Shown here piece by piece: positions 10,923 to 20,389 of a stretch of DNA of 64,000 nt. The stretch comes from Planctomycetota bacterium. GTDB taxonomy: Bacteria; Planctomycetota; OFTM77. The notes under the pieces were generated by a model. It saw only the letters and a list, made by a program, of their open reading frames with translations. It was not told the origin of the DNA and ran no database searches. A program made the translations under genes and the position numbers. Every line of letters begins with the position of its first letter. Position 1 is the stretch's first letter. Location of the stretch: NCBI GenBank assembly GCA_029260795.1, contig JAJDCO010000092.1:877-64876 (forward strand), in the 5' to 3' direction.

Positions 10923-13810
10923 CGGGTGACCTTCGACCTCGCTGGCGAGTCCTGCTCGGTCTGCTCCTCACGTGCCTCGTCACTGTACCGCTCGCAAGCG
11001 GTGCCGATCCGTTGCTCGAGACGCTCGTCCCTCGGGGGGGCCAAGTCGGCACCGAGGTGGATGTCGTCGTGATCGGTCAACGCTTGGCTGCTGCAAAGGA
11101 GCTGCTGTGGTTCCGGACCGGCATCGAGGTGGTGTCGATCGAGAACGAGAACGATCGACGCGTGCGCGTGCGGTTGAGGATCGCGGCCGATTGCCCGCTC
11201 GGTGAGCATCCCGTGGCCCTGCGAACCGCAGCCGGACTGACCGAGATCGAGACGTTCCATGTCGGAGCGCTACCCGAGATCAACGAGCAAGAGCCGAACG
11301 GCGACACCGAGACCGCGCAACCGATCCCACTCGACGTGACGGTCAACGGTGTGGTCACGGCCGAGGACGTCGATCGCTACACGCTCGAGATCGCCGAGCC
11401 GATGGCGCTGACCGTGGACGTCGCGGGGCTGCGTCTGGGAGATACCCCATTCGATCCGCACTTGACGGTCCTCGGGCCGCAAGGCGAGACGCTGCTGATC
11501 GTCGATGACACGCCGTTCGGGCGCCTCGACCCGGTCGGTCGGGTCGTGATCGAGAAGCCTGGGTCGATTCAGCTCGTGGTCCGCGAGTCGGCCTACGGCG
11601 GCAGCGATCGCTGTCACTACCGTCTGCATGTCGGCCAGTTTCCCCTCGCCCGCGCCGCCGTACCCGCCAGCGTCCGGCTGGGCGAAGAGAGTGCCGTGCA
11701 GTTCGTCGGAGAGGGCTCCGTGTGGGACCAGGTCGTCACGGGCGTCGAGCCGGGGCGAGGGACCGTGGACTGGTTCGTGCGAGACGGGCGAGGCGTCGCG
11801 ACCTCTCCGATTCGGTTGGTGGTTTCCCAGATGCCGACGGTGGTCGAGGCCGAGCCGGCCACTTGGCAAGTGCGTGCTTCGGCATGGCGTCTGGCGGGCC
11901 CTTTCCCCAATCCGCCCGGCGAGGGGGAGGTGGGACAGGGGCATGCTGCCGTGCACCCTCCCGAGACCGAGCTCGCCCTCGAGGCGACCTATCCCGGCCG
12001 GGACGGAGAGGTGCGCTGGGTCGAGCACCCGGAGTTCGCCGACGGGAAGATCCACGACCTGACGAAGGAGATCCAGCCCAGCGATCACGCGCTGGTCTAT
12101 CTCTGGCGCCGCCTCGAGAGCCCGATCGAGCAGTCGGTTCCGATCGCGCTCGGGACCGACGACACGGTCAAGGTCTGGCTGAACGGCACGCTGCTGCACG
12201 AGCATGCGGCGGCGCGCGGGGTGCAGGCGGACGCCGACCACGTCATCCTTCCTTTGAAGAAAGGCTCCAATGATCTTCTCCTCAAAGTGACCAACGGCTC
12301 CGGCGGCTTCGGTTTCACGCTCCGCGGTACTCGGACCGGCTTCGCTCGTCGGTCGCAGCCCGTGCCGCTCCCGTGCGCGGCGCACGGTGTGATCGCTCAG
12401 CCCGGCGAGACGGATACCTTCCGCTTCTCGGCCGAGAAGGATCGCGAGCTGGAGTTTGTGGTCCGTGCCCGTGAGCTGCGCTCGCCGCTCGATGCCATCC
12501 TGCAAGTGCGGTCGCTCGACGGCCGCGGGCTCGTCGCCAACGACGATTCGGGTGGCCCCGATCCCCGGCTACGTTTCAAGCCTCCCGAGAGCGGAGAGTA
12601 CGTGCTCGCCATCTGGGACCACCTGCGCGATGGCGGTCCTGAGCACTTCTATCGTGTCGAGATCGATCGCCGCCGCGGTGAGCGGGGGCTGCGCGTCTCA
12701 GTGCCGGGACGCCCGGACGACCTGGCCGTTGCGGTTCCGCGGGGTGGCCGCATGGCGACCGTGCTGCGGCTCGATGGACTGGATCTGCGACGCGGCATTC
12801 GACCGGTCTTTTTCGGCCTGCCCGACGGGTTGACCGTTACCACCGGTGCGCTGCAAGGCGGCACGGTCCTCGTACCCGTCGTCTTCTCGGCCACGGCCGA
12901 GTCGACGCTCGCGGCCGCCGGCTTGAGCGTTCGTGCGCAGGAGGCCGCGGGGGACGCGCCCCTTCCCGTCGACTTCCTTCAGCGAGTTCCGCTGGTCAAG
13001 GTGGAGAACAATCAGACTTTCCTCGAGACCGAGGTCGATCGCTTGCCCGTGGCCGTCGTCGAGGCTTCACCGTTCATGGTCGACGTCGTGACACCCACGG
13101 TGCCGATCATCCAGGCGAGCCCACTGCCGCTCACGGTGCGTGTCACGCGCCGTGAAGGCTTCGCGGCGCCCGTTCGCGTGCGCCTCCTCTGGAACCCACC
13201 CGGGCTCTCCTCCGGGGAGGTCACCTTCAACGCGGAGGAGACCGAGAAGGTGCTGTCGATCAACGCGAATGGCAACGCGCGGGAAGGGACGTGGTCGATC
13301 GCGGCCATCGGTCGAGCCGACGCAGGCGGCGAGTGGGCCGTCAGCTCGGAGCTGGTGCCACTCGAGGTCTCGAAGCCCTGGATCCGAGCCCAGATCGGAA
13401 AGACGCGCGTCGAGCAGAGTCAAGCCACCGAGCTGGAGGTCTCCTTCGAGACGCTGCGAGACGGAATCGAGAGCTACGACGCACGCATCGTGAACCTCCC
13501 GCGCGAAGTGACGACCGAGTTCCCGAGCGTGGCCGCGGGATCGCACAAGATCGCCTACTCGTTGGCCGTCGGCGAGAAGGCGCCGCCGGGGCGGCACCAG
13601 AACCTGCTCCTGCTCTGCTCCGTTCCCAGCCCGGGCGGCGCGGTCGTGCACTACGTGCGCGGTGGCGAGCTACGCATCGACAAGCCACTGCCGCCCGAGC
13701 GGCGCAAGTCGCCGGCTCCGGCCGCGCCGAGCACCGAGGAGAAGCCGTCGACCGATGCGGCGACTCCGAAGAAGCCCGTCGTCGGAACGCTGACCAAGCC
13801 GAAGACGTGA
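10919..13810 (+). CDS. planctomycete PPC (pre-peptidase C-terminal) repeat protein with an inserted PA14/galactose-binding-like domain
   Basis: PRGGQVGTEV start, EQEPN, DVDRY/ETDTFRF PPC repeats, insert WRLAGPF...GTDDTVKVWLNG...LKKGSNDLLLKV. Confidence 0.85.
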   Translation: MTGDLRPRWRVLLGLLLTCLVTVPLASGADPLLETLVPRGGQVGTEVDVVVIGQRLAAAKELLWFRTGIEVVSIENENDRRVRVRLRIAADCPLGEHPVALRTAAGLTEIETFHVGALPEINEQEPNGDTETAQPIPLDVTVNGVVTAEDVDRYTLEIAEPMALTVDVAGLRLGDTPFDPHLTVLGPQGETLLIVDDTPFGRLDPVGRVVIEKPGSIQLVVRESAYGGSDRCHYRLHVGQFPLARAAVPASVRLGEESAVQFVGEGSVWDQVVTGVEPGRGTVDWFVRDGRGVATSPIRLVVSQMPTVVEAEPATWQVRASAWRLAGPFPNPPGEGEVGQGHAAVHPPETELALEATYPGRDGEVRWVEHPEFADGKIHDLTKEIQPSDHALVYLWRRLESPIEQSVPIALGTDDTVKVWLNGTLLHEHAAARGVQADADHVILPLKKGSNDLLLKVTNGSGGFGFTLRGTRTGFARRSQPVPLPCAAHGVIAQPGETDTFRFSAEKDRELEFVVRARELRSPLDAILQVRSLDGRGLVANDDSGGPDPRLRFKPPESGEYVLAIWDHLRDGGPEHFYRVEIDRRRGERGLRVSVPGRPDDLAVAVPRGGRMATVLRLDGLDLRRGIRPVFFGLPDGLTVTTGALQGGTVLVPVVFSATAESTLAAAGLSVRAQEAAGDAPLPVDFLQRVPLVKVENNQTFLETEVDRLPVAVVEASPFMVDVVTPTVPIIQASPLPLTVRVTRREGFAAPVRVRLLWNPPGLSSGEVTFNAEETEKVLSINANGNAREGTWSIAAIGRADAGGEWAVSSELVPLEVSKPWIRAQIGKTRVEQSQATELEVSFETLRDGIESYDARIVNLPREVTTEFPSVAAGSHKIAYSLAVGEKAPPGRHQNLLLLCSVPSPGGAVVHYVRGGELRIDKPLPPERRKSPAPAAPSTEEKPSTDAATPKKPVVGTLTKPKT

Positions 13811-13818
13811 GGGGCTTC

Positions 13819-16257
13819 ATGAAGATCCGCGACACTGCTCATGGCTGGCTTTGGCTCGCGTCGCTGCTTCTCGCCTCGACCGTGTCGGGTGCCGAGGAGC
13901 CGCTAGCGACCGCCGTTCGCCTCGAGGTCTTTCCCGATCGAATCCAGATCGATCATGGTGGGGATCACCCGCGTGTGATCGTCGTCGCGACCGACGCCAC
14001 CGGGCTCACGCGCGACGTGACCGCCGAGGTGAGCGTGACGGTCCGAGGGGAGGTCGTGACCTGGGATCCGGAGGGCCGGTGTCATCCGCGGCAAGACGGC
14101 GAAGGCCAGCTCGAGGTACGGCTAGGCGAGCTCCGGGTCGAGGTTCCGGTGGTGGTGCAAGACGCGGCGCGACCCCGTGCTGCCAGCTTCCATCGCGACG
14201 TGCTCCCGGTGTTGACGCGGGCCGGTTGCAACGGAGGGGCCTGCCACGGGAGCGCGGCCGGCAAGAACGGTTTCCGCCTCTCACTGTTCGGCTTCGATGC
14301 GACCGAAGATCACCGTCGACTGACGCGCGAGCTGCGTGGACGACGGATCGATCCCGCCGTGCCCGAGGGGAGCTTGCTGCTGACCAAGGCGACCACGCGC
14401 GTGACGCATCAGGGCGGCCAGCGGCTCCAAGAGGCTTCGCCCGGCTACGACACGCTGCTCCGATGGATCGCCGACGGCGCCCAGCGGGATGCCCCCGAGC
14501 GCGGTCTCTTGGTCGGGCTCGACGTCGCTCCGGCTCAGCTCGTGCTCGGAGGGCCCGATTGGAAGCAGCAGCTCGTCGTGCGGGCTCGATACGCCGACGG
14601 ATCCGATCGCGATGTGACCGATCTGGCGTTGCTGAGCTCGAGCAACGACGAGTCGGCGGCCGTTTCGGCGGACGGGCAAGTGACGTCGGGACGACCGGGC
14701 GAAGCGTACGTCATGGCTCGCTTCGGAACGCTGGCCGAGGTGTCGCAGGTCCTCGTGTTGGCCGACAGCGCGGCTGCGATCTGGCCCGACGTTCCCGAGC
14801 TGCATCCGATCGATGCCTTCGTGCACGACAAGCTGAAGAAGATGCGCCAGGTTCCGGCCGACGTCTGCTCCGACGAGGTCTTCCTGCGCCGGGTCAGCCT
14901 CGACGTCTTGGGCCTGCTCCCGACCGCAGCCGAGGTCACGACGTTCCTGGCGGACACGGCGCCGGACAAGCGGGCTAGCCTCGTCGACTCGCTGCTCGGA
15001 CGCCCCGAGTTCTCCGACGTGTGGGCGATGCAGTGGGCCGAGGTGCTCCGGGTCGAGTCCGAGCGACTCGAGCCGAAAGGGATGTATCTCTACACGCAGT
15101 ACTTGCGTGAAGCCTTCGCTCGAGACGTGCCGATCGATCAGCTCGTCAGAGACTTGCTGACGAGCCAGGGCGGCAACTTCACGCAGCCAGCCGCCAACTT
15201 CTACCTGACCGAGCGTGACCCCAAGTCGATTGCCGAGAACGTCGCGCAGGTCTTCCTGGGGATCCGGATCCAGTGCGCCCAGTGCCATAATCACCCCTTC
15301 GAGCGCTGGACGATGGACGACTACTACAGCTTCGCAGCGTTCTTCGGGCGCATCGGTACCAAGCGCGCCGAGGATCCCCGTGAGACGATCGTGTCGACGC
15401 GTGGCAGTGGGGAGGTGCGTCACGCCCGGGACAATCGCGTGATGCCGCCGAAGTTCCTCGGGGGCGCGGTGCCCGAGATCGCACGCTCTGCGGACCGACG
15501 GGCCGTGCTGGCCGAGTGGCTCACCTCGCCCAACAACCCCTGGTTTGCCGCCAACATCGCGAACCGGGTCTGGGCTCGCTTCTTCGGGCGCGGTCTGGTC
15601 GAGCCGGTCGACGACGTGCGCGTCAGCAATCCTCCCTCGCATCCGGAGCTGCATCGCTGGTTGGGACGGCGACTCGTCGAGACCGGCTATGATCTCCGCG
15701 CGCTCATTCGCGACATCACCGCTTCGCGTACCTATCAGCTGGCGGCGCGTCCCGATGAGCTTCCGAGCTCCGCCTACGCCAAGGCGCCGGTGCGGCGGTT
15801 GAGTGCCGAGCAGCTTCTCGAAGCGATCGGCCGGGTCGCCGGCGTGCCGACGAAGTTCCGCGGCTTGCCGCTGGGCGCGCGCGCGACGCAGGTCGCGGGT
15901 GGTCGATCGAACAGCTACTTCCTCGATACCTTCGGACGGCCGCGTCGCACCAGCCCGTGCGCGTGCGAGCGACGTTCCGAGCCGACCTTGGGACAGGCCC
16001 TGCACCTGATCAATGGCCCGACCGTCGAGCGGAAGCTGCGCGCGAAGTCGGGCCGCCTGCAGCGCTTGCTCGCCAGCGAGGCGCCGGACGGGGTGATCCT
16101 CGAGGACCTTTGGCGGGCGGCCTACGCGCGTTCGCCTCGGGTCGACGAGCGAGAGCGCTGGCTGGCCGAGCTCGCCGCGGCGCCGGATCGCGCCTCGATG
16201 CTCGAGGACTTGTTCTGGGCGGTGCTGAACTCCAAGGAATTCCTCTTCAACCATTGA
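13819..16257 (+). CDS. DUF1549/DUF1553 protein with Ig-like (Big_2) domains
   Basis: SFHRDVLPVLTRAGCNGGACHG, FLRRVSLD, IQCAQCHNHPF, RRLSAEQL, LFWAVLNSKEFLFNH. Confidence 0.93.
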   Translation: MKIRDTAHGWLWLASLLLASTVSGAEEPLATAVRLEVFPDRIQIDHGGDHPRVIVVATDATGLTRDVTAEVSVTVRGEVVTWDPEGRCHPRQDGEGQLEVRLGELRVEVPVVVQDAARPRAASFHRDVLPVLTRAGCNGGACHGSAAGKNGFRLSLFGFDATEDHRRLTRELRGRRIDPAVPEGSLLLTKATTRVTHQGGQRLQEASPGYDTLLRWIADGAQRDAPERGLLVGLDVAPAQLVLGGPDWKQQLVVRARYADGSDRDVTDLALLSSSNDESAAVSADGQVTSGRPGEAYVMARFGTLAEVSQVLVLADSAAAIWPDVPELHPIDAFVHDKLKKMRQVPADVCSDEVFLRRVSLDVLGLLPTAAEVTTFLADTAPDKRASLVDSLLGRPEFSDVWAMQWAEVLRVESERLEPKGMYLYTQYLREAFARDVPIDQLVRDLLTSQGGNFTQPAANFYLTERDPKSIAENVAQVFLGIRIQCAQCHNHPFERWTMDDYYSFAAFFGRIGTKRAEDPRETIVSTRGSGEVRHARDNRVMPPKFLGGAVPEIARSADRRAVLAEWLTSPNNPWFAANIANRVWARFFGRGLVEPVDDVRVSNPPSHPELHRWLGRRLVETGYDLRALIRDITASRTYQLAARPDELPSSAYAKAPVRRLSAEQLLEAIGRVAGVPTKFRGLPLGARATQVAGGRSNSYFLDTFGRPRRTSPCACERRSEPTLGQALHLINGPTVERKLRAKSGRLQRLLASEAPDGVILEDLWRAAYARSPRVDERERWLAELAAAPDRASMLEDLFWAVLNSKEFLFNH

Positions 16258-16265
16258 GTCCCCTC

Positions 16266-18110
16266 ATGTCCGAAACTCCACTCGCTCGACGGCCTCACGG
16301 TCACCGCCGCTTGCTCTGGTTGGTCGTCCTCATCGTCGGGCTCGGCGCTTTCTCGGCCGCACAGGCTCAGGAGGATCCTGCTCCGACCGTCGATCCGCTC
16401 CAGAAGCTCGAGGCATTGCTCAACGAGCTGAAGCAGACGGATCCCAAGGCCTGGGACGCCAAGGTCGTCAGCCTCCAGCAGGCGATCGAGCAGAAGAAGG
16501 CACAAGCCCAGCAGCTGCGCGAGCAAGCCAAGCAGCTCGAGGCGCAGGCGGCTCGGGCGGAGCAGGAAGCGCTCGCCATCGCTGGAAGCATCGAGCGGTT
16601 GCAGAAGCTCCGTCAGCTCATCGAGCCGATGGGCGCGCCTCCCAAGGCCGCACCGAAGGGCGAGAAGCCTGCTCCTGCCATGGCACCCCAGGAGGCGTCG
16701 GGCGGAGCCAAGCCGGCCAGCGCGGCCGCAGCCCCCAAGATGATGGCAGCTTCAAAACCATCTGAGGGCGCGGCGGCCGAGACCGAGAAGGTCGTCCTCA
16801 ACTTCGAGGATCACGTGCTCACGATCTTCGAGTCGCACTGCGTCGGTTGCCACAACCCCGACGACCTGGCAGGCAGCCTCGACCTGACGAGCCACACGAC
16901 GCTGCTCGACGGCGGCGGCTCGGGTGCGGTCGTGGCCCCCGGAGATCCCGAGGGAAGCCGGCTCTATCGGTTGGTGGCTCATCTCGACACTCCAACCATG
17001 CCGCCCGAGCAGAGCAAGATCCCCGACGAGCAGATCGCGACCCTCCGGGCCTGGCTGGCCCAGGGGGCGGCGGCCGACGCGGGAGCCGCCCAGAAGGCGG
17101 CCGAGATGACCGTCGCCAAGCCGGTTGCCCCGGTCGGCCCGGTGGCACCTCGCCTCGAGGGTCCCCCTCCGATGCCCGAAGATGTCGCCGGCGCGGACCT
17201 CAAGACGGCCCGACGCCCACCGATCGCGGGCTGCCTCGCCGCCAGCCCGCGCGCTCCCTTGATCGCCGTCCCGGGGCTGGAGCAGGTGCTGCTCTATCAC
17301 TCGGAGAGCCTGGTGCTGCTCACCGTCTTGCCCTTTCCGCTCGGCCGCGTGAACGTGCTGCGCTTCACGGTCGACGGAACGCGACTGCTCGCGGCCGGGG
17401 GCATCGGCGGCCGAAAAGGTGGCGCCGTTCTCTATGACGTGCGGTCGGGCCAGATCGTGGCCGAGGTCGGCAAGGAGTACGACGAGGTGCTCGCGGCCGC
17501 CATCAGCCCGGGGCAGTCGTTGATCGCGATCGGCGGACCGAGCCGGAAGGTCCGGGTCTTCGAGACGGCGTCCGGCGAGCTGCGCTACCAGCTGGATGCT
17601 CACCAAGACTGGGTGCTGTCGGTCGACATCAGTCCGGACGGCAACTGGCTCGCGAGCGCTGATCGCTCGGGCGTCGCCTTCGTCTGGCAGGCCGACACAG
17701 GACGAGACGTCCACGTGCTGCGCGGGCATACCGGCGCCATTCAGCGAGCGCGGTTCCGGCCCGACGCCCAGCAGCTCGCGACCGTGAGCGACGACGGGAC
17801 GATTCGGCGCTGGGAGCTCGGTGACGGCAAGATGGTCGGTAACACCAACGCGCATGGCGGTGGTGTGCTGGGCTTCTGCTGGCGCGGGACGGAGTGGGCC
17901 TCGTGCGGGGCCGATGGTGCCGTGAAGCTCTGGGATGCGGCGGGCAACGGGCAAGGCGCGTTGCCTCCACTCGAGGACTGGTTGTACGCGGTCGCCACGG
18001 ACGCGAGCGGTGGTCGGCTCTTCGTGGGAGGCTGGGACGGACGCGTGCGTGTGTACGCGTCGGACACTCGTCAACCGATCGGCGAGCTCGGAGTCCCGAG
18101 CAGCCTTTGA
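16266..18110 (+). CDS. planctomycete cytochrome c domain plus WD40 repeat protein
   Basis: Signal peptide, coiled coil, FEDHVLTIFESHCVGCH heme motif, MPP, then WD40 repeats (HQDWVLSVDISPDG, GHTGAI). Confidence 0.9.
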   Translation: MSETPLARRPHGHRRLLWLVVLIVGLGAFSAAQAQEDPAPTVDPLQKLEALLNELKQTDPKAWDAKVVSLQQAIEQKKAQAQQLREQAKQLEAQAARAEQEALAIAGSIERLQKLRQLIEPMGAPPKAAPKGEKPAPAMAPQEASGGAKPASAAAAPKMMAASKPSEGAAAETEKVVLNFEDHVLTIFESHCVGCHNPDDLAGSLDLTSHTTLLDGGGSGAVVAPGDPEGSRLYRLVAHLDTPTMPPEQSKIPDEQIATLRAWLAQGAAADAGAAQKAAEMTVAKPVAPVGPVAPRLEGPPPMPEDVAGADLKTARRPPIAGCLAASPRAPLIAVPGLEQVLLYHSESLVLLTVLPFPLGRVNVLRFTVDGTRLLAAGGIGGRKGGAVLYDVRSGQIVAEVGKEYDEVLAAAISPGQSLIAIGGPSRKVRVFETASGELRYQLDAHQDWVLSVDISPDGNWLASADRSGVAFVWQADTGRDVHVLRGHTGAIQRARFRPDAQQLATVSDDGTIRRWELGDGKMVGNTNAHGGGVLGFCWRGTEWASCGADGAVKLWDAAGNGQGALPPLEDWLYAVATDASGGRLFVGGWDGRVRVYASDTRQPIGELGVPSSL

Positions 18111-18193
18111 GGGCTTCCAACGGGCGCTCGATGCTGGCCGAGGACAGCCCGGGTCTGTTAGCCTGCCGGCGACGATCTTCAGTGAGGTGAACG

Positions 18194-18673
18194 ATGATGC
18201 ATTGGCTGGGCTGGCTGCTCGTGCTCGTCCTGACGACGGGATGCGAGTGGTCGATGAAGAACTCGACGACTCCGGTGGACGAGGAGCCCGATCGGGTGGA
18301 GAGTTCGACGTTCGAGACGCTCCTGCGCGGCGATCAATGTGGCGTCGAAGAGGCGCGGCAGATCTTCGTGCGCGATGAGGATGCGTGGAAGGATCTCTGG
18401 GACGAGTTCACGAGCATCCAGACACCGGCCGATCCTCGTCCGATGATCGACTTCTCCAAGCACATGGTCATCGGCGTCTTTCTCGGTTCGCGAAGCAGCA
18501 GCGGATACGGCGTCGAGATCGTCGAGGTCTCATCGGTCGGTGACGCGTTGCGCGTGACGAGTCGGGTGAGCGAGCCGGACCCGGGCGGCATGATGCTGAC
18601 AGTCATCACGCATCCCTATCACCTCGTGCGACTCGATCTGCACGAGGGGCCGATTCAGTTCGAGACGCGCTGA
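18194..18673 (+). CDS. PrcB C-terminal domain lipoprotein
   Basis: Lipobox TTGC, PMIDFSKHMVIGVFLG..SSGYGVEI, VITHPYHLV. Confidence 0.85.
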   Translation: MMHWLGWLLVLVLTTGCEWSMKNSTTPVDEEPDRVESSTFETLLRGDQCGVEEARQIFVRDEDAWKDLWDEFTSIQTPADPRPMIDFSKHMVIGVFLGSRSSSGYGVEIVEVSSVGDALRVTSRVSEPDPGGMMLTVITHPYHLVRLDLHEGPIQFETR

Positions 18674-18679
18674 CGCTCG

Positions 18680-20152
18680 ATGAAGACGCGGCACACCTTG
18701 CCCTCCGGTGAGTGGCCGACGCGCGCCGAGGCCGCGGCGAGCCGTCTCTTTTCGCCCATCACCCTCGGTCCGATCACACTGGCTCAACGCACGTGGGTGC
18801 CCGCCATGGTGCCGTGGCGGGCTTCCGCCGATGGAGAGGTCACTCCGCAGGTGCTCGCGTGGTATCGCCGATTTGCCGAGGGTCGCCCAGGAGCCCTGGT
18901 GGTCGAGGCGACCGGCGTGCGCGACGTTCCGAGCGGGCCGCTCCTGCGCATCGGGGCCGATCGTTTCGTGCCGGGACTGCGCCGTCTGGTCGAGACGGTG
19001 CGCGAGGCGAGCGGAGGGCAAACGCGGCTCCTCATTCAGATCATCGACTTCTTGCGAATCCGTCGGCGACCCGAGAAGGCGAAGTTCTTCCAGAGGTTCC
19101 TCGAGCTGACCGATCGTCACCGAGAAGCACTCTCCGCGAGCGATGGGGACGAAGGCTGGCTGGCAGCATCGGAGCATCGAGTCCGCGAGCGGCTGACCGA
19201 GCTCGAGGACTCCGTGCTCGAGGGAATCCTCAACTCTCGCGAGCTCGAAGCCTACGCCTTCGGCGCTCGCGAGCGAGTTGGGGATGTCGAGGAATCGCAC
19301 ATTCGGGAGCTGCCTCAGGTCCTCCCCGGAATCTTCGGAGCGGCCGCGCGTCGAGCTCGCGAGGCAGGCTTCGATGGCGTGGAGCTGCACTATGCCCACG
19401 CGTATACGATGGCTTCCTTCCTCTCTCGCCTCAACTCCCGGACCGATGGCTATGGCGGTTCGCGGGAGCAGCGCGTGCGTCTGCCGCTCGAGGTGTATGA
19501 GTCGGTGCGCCGTGCGGTCGGGAGCGACTGGGTCGTCGGCGCGCGCTTTCTCGGCGACGAGGTGATCGACGGCGGCAGCCGGGTCGACGACGCGTGCTTC
19601 TTCGGCGTCGAGTTCGCTCGCGCCCGCTTCGATTTCCTCTCGCTGTCCAAGGGCGGGAAGTTCGAGGATGCGAAGCAGCCCCGCGTCGGGGAGGCCGCCT
19701 ATCCCTACACGGGACCGAGCGGGCATGAGTGCATGCCGACCGTGCACATGGCGGCACCGGGCCCGTTCGGTCGTCAAGCTCCGCTGACCGCCGCAATCCG
19801 TCGCGCCGTGCGAGAAGCCGGGTTCCAAACGCCGGTCGTGATCGCCGGTGGTATCTGCGGCTTCACCCAGGCCGAAGCATTGATCGCCGAGGGAGCCGCC
19901 GACATCGTGGCGGCCGCTCGACAGAGCCTCGCCGATCCGGATTGGTTCCGGAAGATGCAGCTCGGGCGGGGAGAGGAGATTCGACGGTGCAAGTTCACGA
20001 ACTACTGTGAGGCACTCGATCAACGGCATCTCGAGGTGACCTGCCAGCTCTGGGATCGGCGGCCCCTGGTCGATCCGAATGAGTTGCTTTCGCGCGACCA
20101 CAAGCGGCGGCTCGTCGCGCCGGCTTGGTCCGACCCACAGCCCTCGCCTTGA
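18680..20152 (+). CDS. NADH:flavin oxidoreductase (old yellow enzyme family)
   Basis: LFSPITLG, AAARRAREAGFDGVELHYAHAY, NSRTDGYGGS, AARQSLADP. Confidence 0.9.
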   Translation: MKTRHTLPSGEWPTRAEAAASRLFSPITLGPITLAQRTWVPAMVPWRASADGEVTPQVLAWYRRFAEGRPGALVVEATGVRDVPSGPLLRIGADRFVPGLRRLVETVREASGGQTRLLIQIIDFLRIRRRPEKAKFFQRFLELTDRHREALSASDGDEGWLAASEHRVRERLTELEDSVLEGILNSRELEAYAFGARERVGDVEESHIRELPQVLPGIFGAAARRAREAGFDGVELHYAHAYTMASFLSRLNSRTDGYGGSREQRVRLPLEVYESVRRAVGSDWVVGARFLGDEVIDGGSRVDDACFFGVEFARARFDFLSLSKGGKFEDAKQPRVGEAAYPYTGPSGHECMPTVHMAAPGPFGRQAPLTAAIRRAVREAGFQTPVVIAGGICGFTQAEALIAEGAADIVAAARQSLADPDWFRKMQLGRGEEIRRCKFTNYCEALDQRHLEVTCQLWDRRPLVDPNELLSRDHKRRLVAPAWSDPQPSP

Positions 20153-20389
20153 GCTTCCGACGTCGTTTCTGGTCGAAGTCCGGAGAGGCGCGCGCGGCGG
20201 GACGGCTCTCCCAGGGAGGACGACCTGAGCCGCGAGAGGACGGAGTGCCGAGAAAAGTGCGCTAGGCGGCTCTGGCACTAGACGATATACTACCGCCCTT
20301 TGAGTGACTCCCTCGGCTCGATCCGTCGCGTCCGGGAGCACCGACCCTGCACTTCCGCGCCTAACCCTTCGAGAGCGAATTCGCGAGTC

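Noticed and set aside
20194-20216. Additional inverted REP copy (CCCTGGGAGAGCCGTCCCGCC on the minus strand)
   Set aside because: Shares the CTGGGA foot but lacks the palindromic stem.
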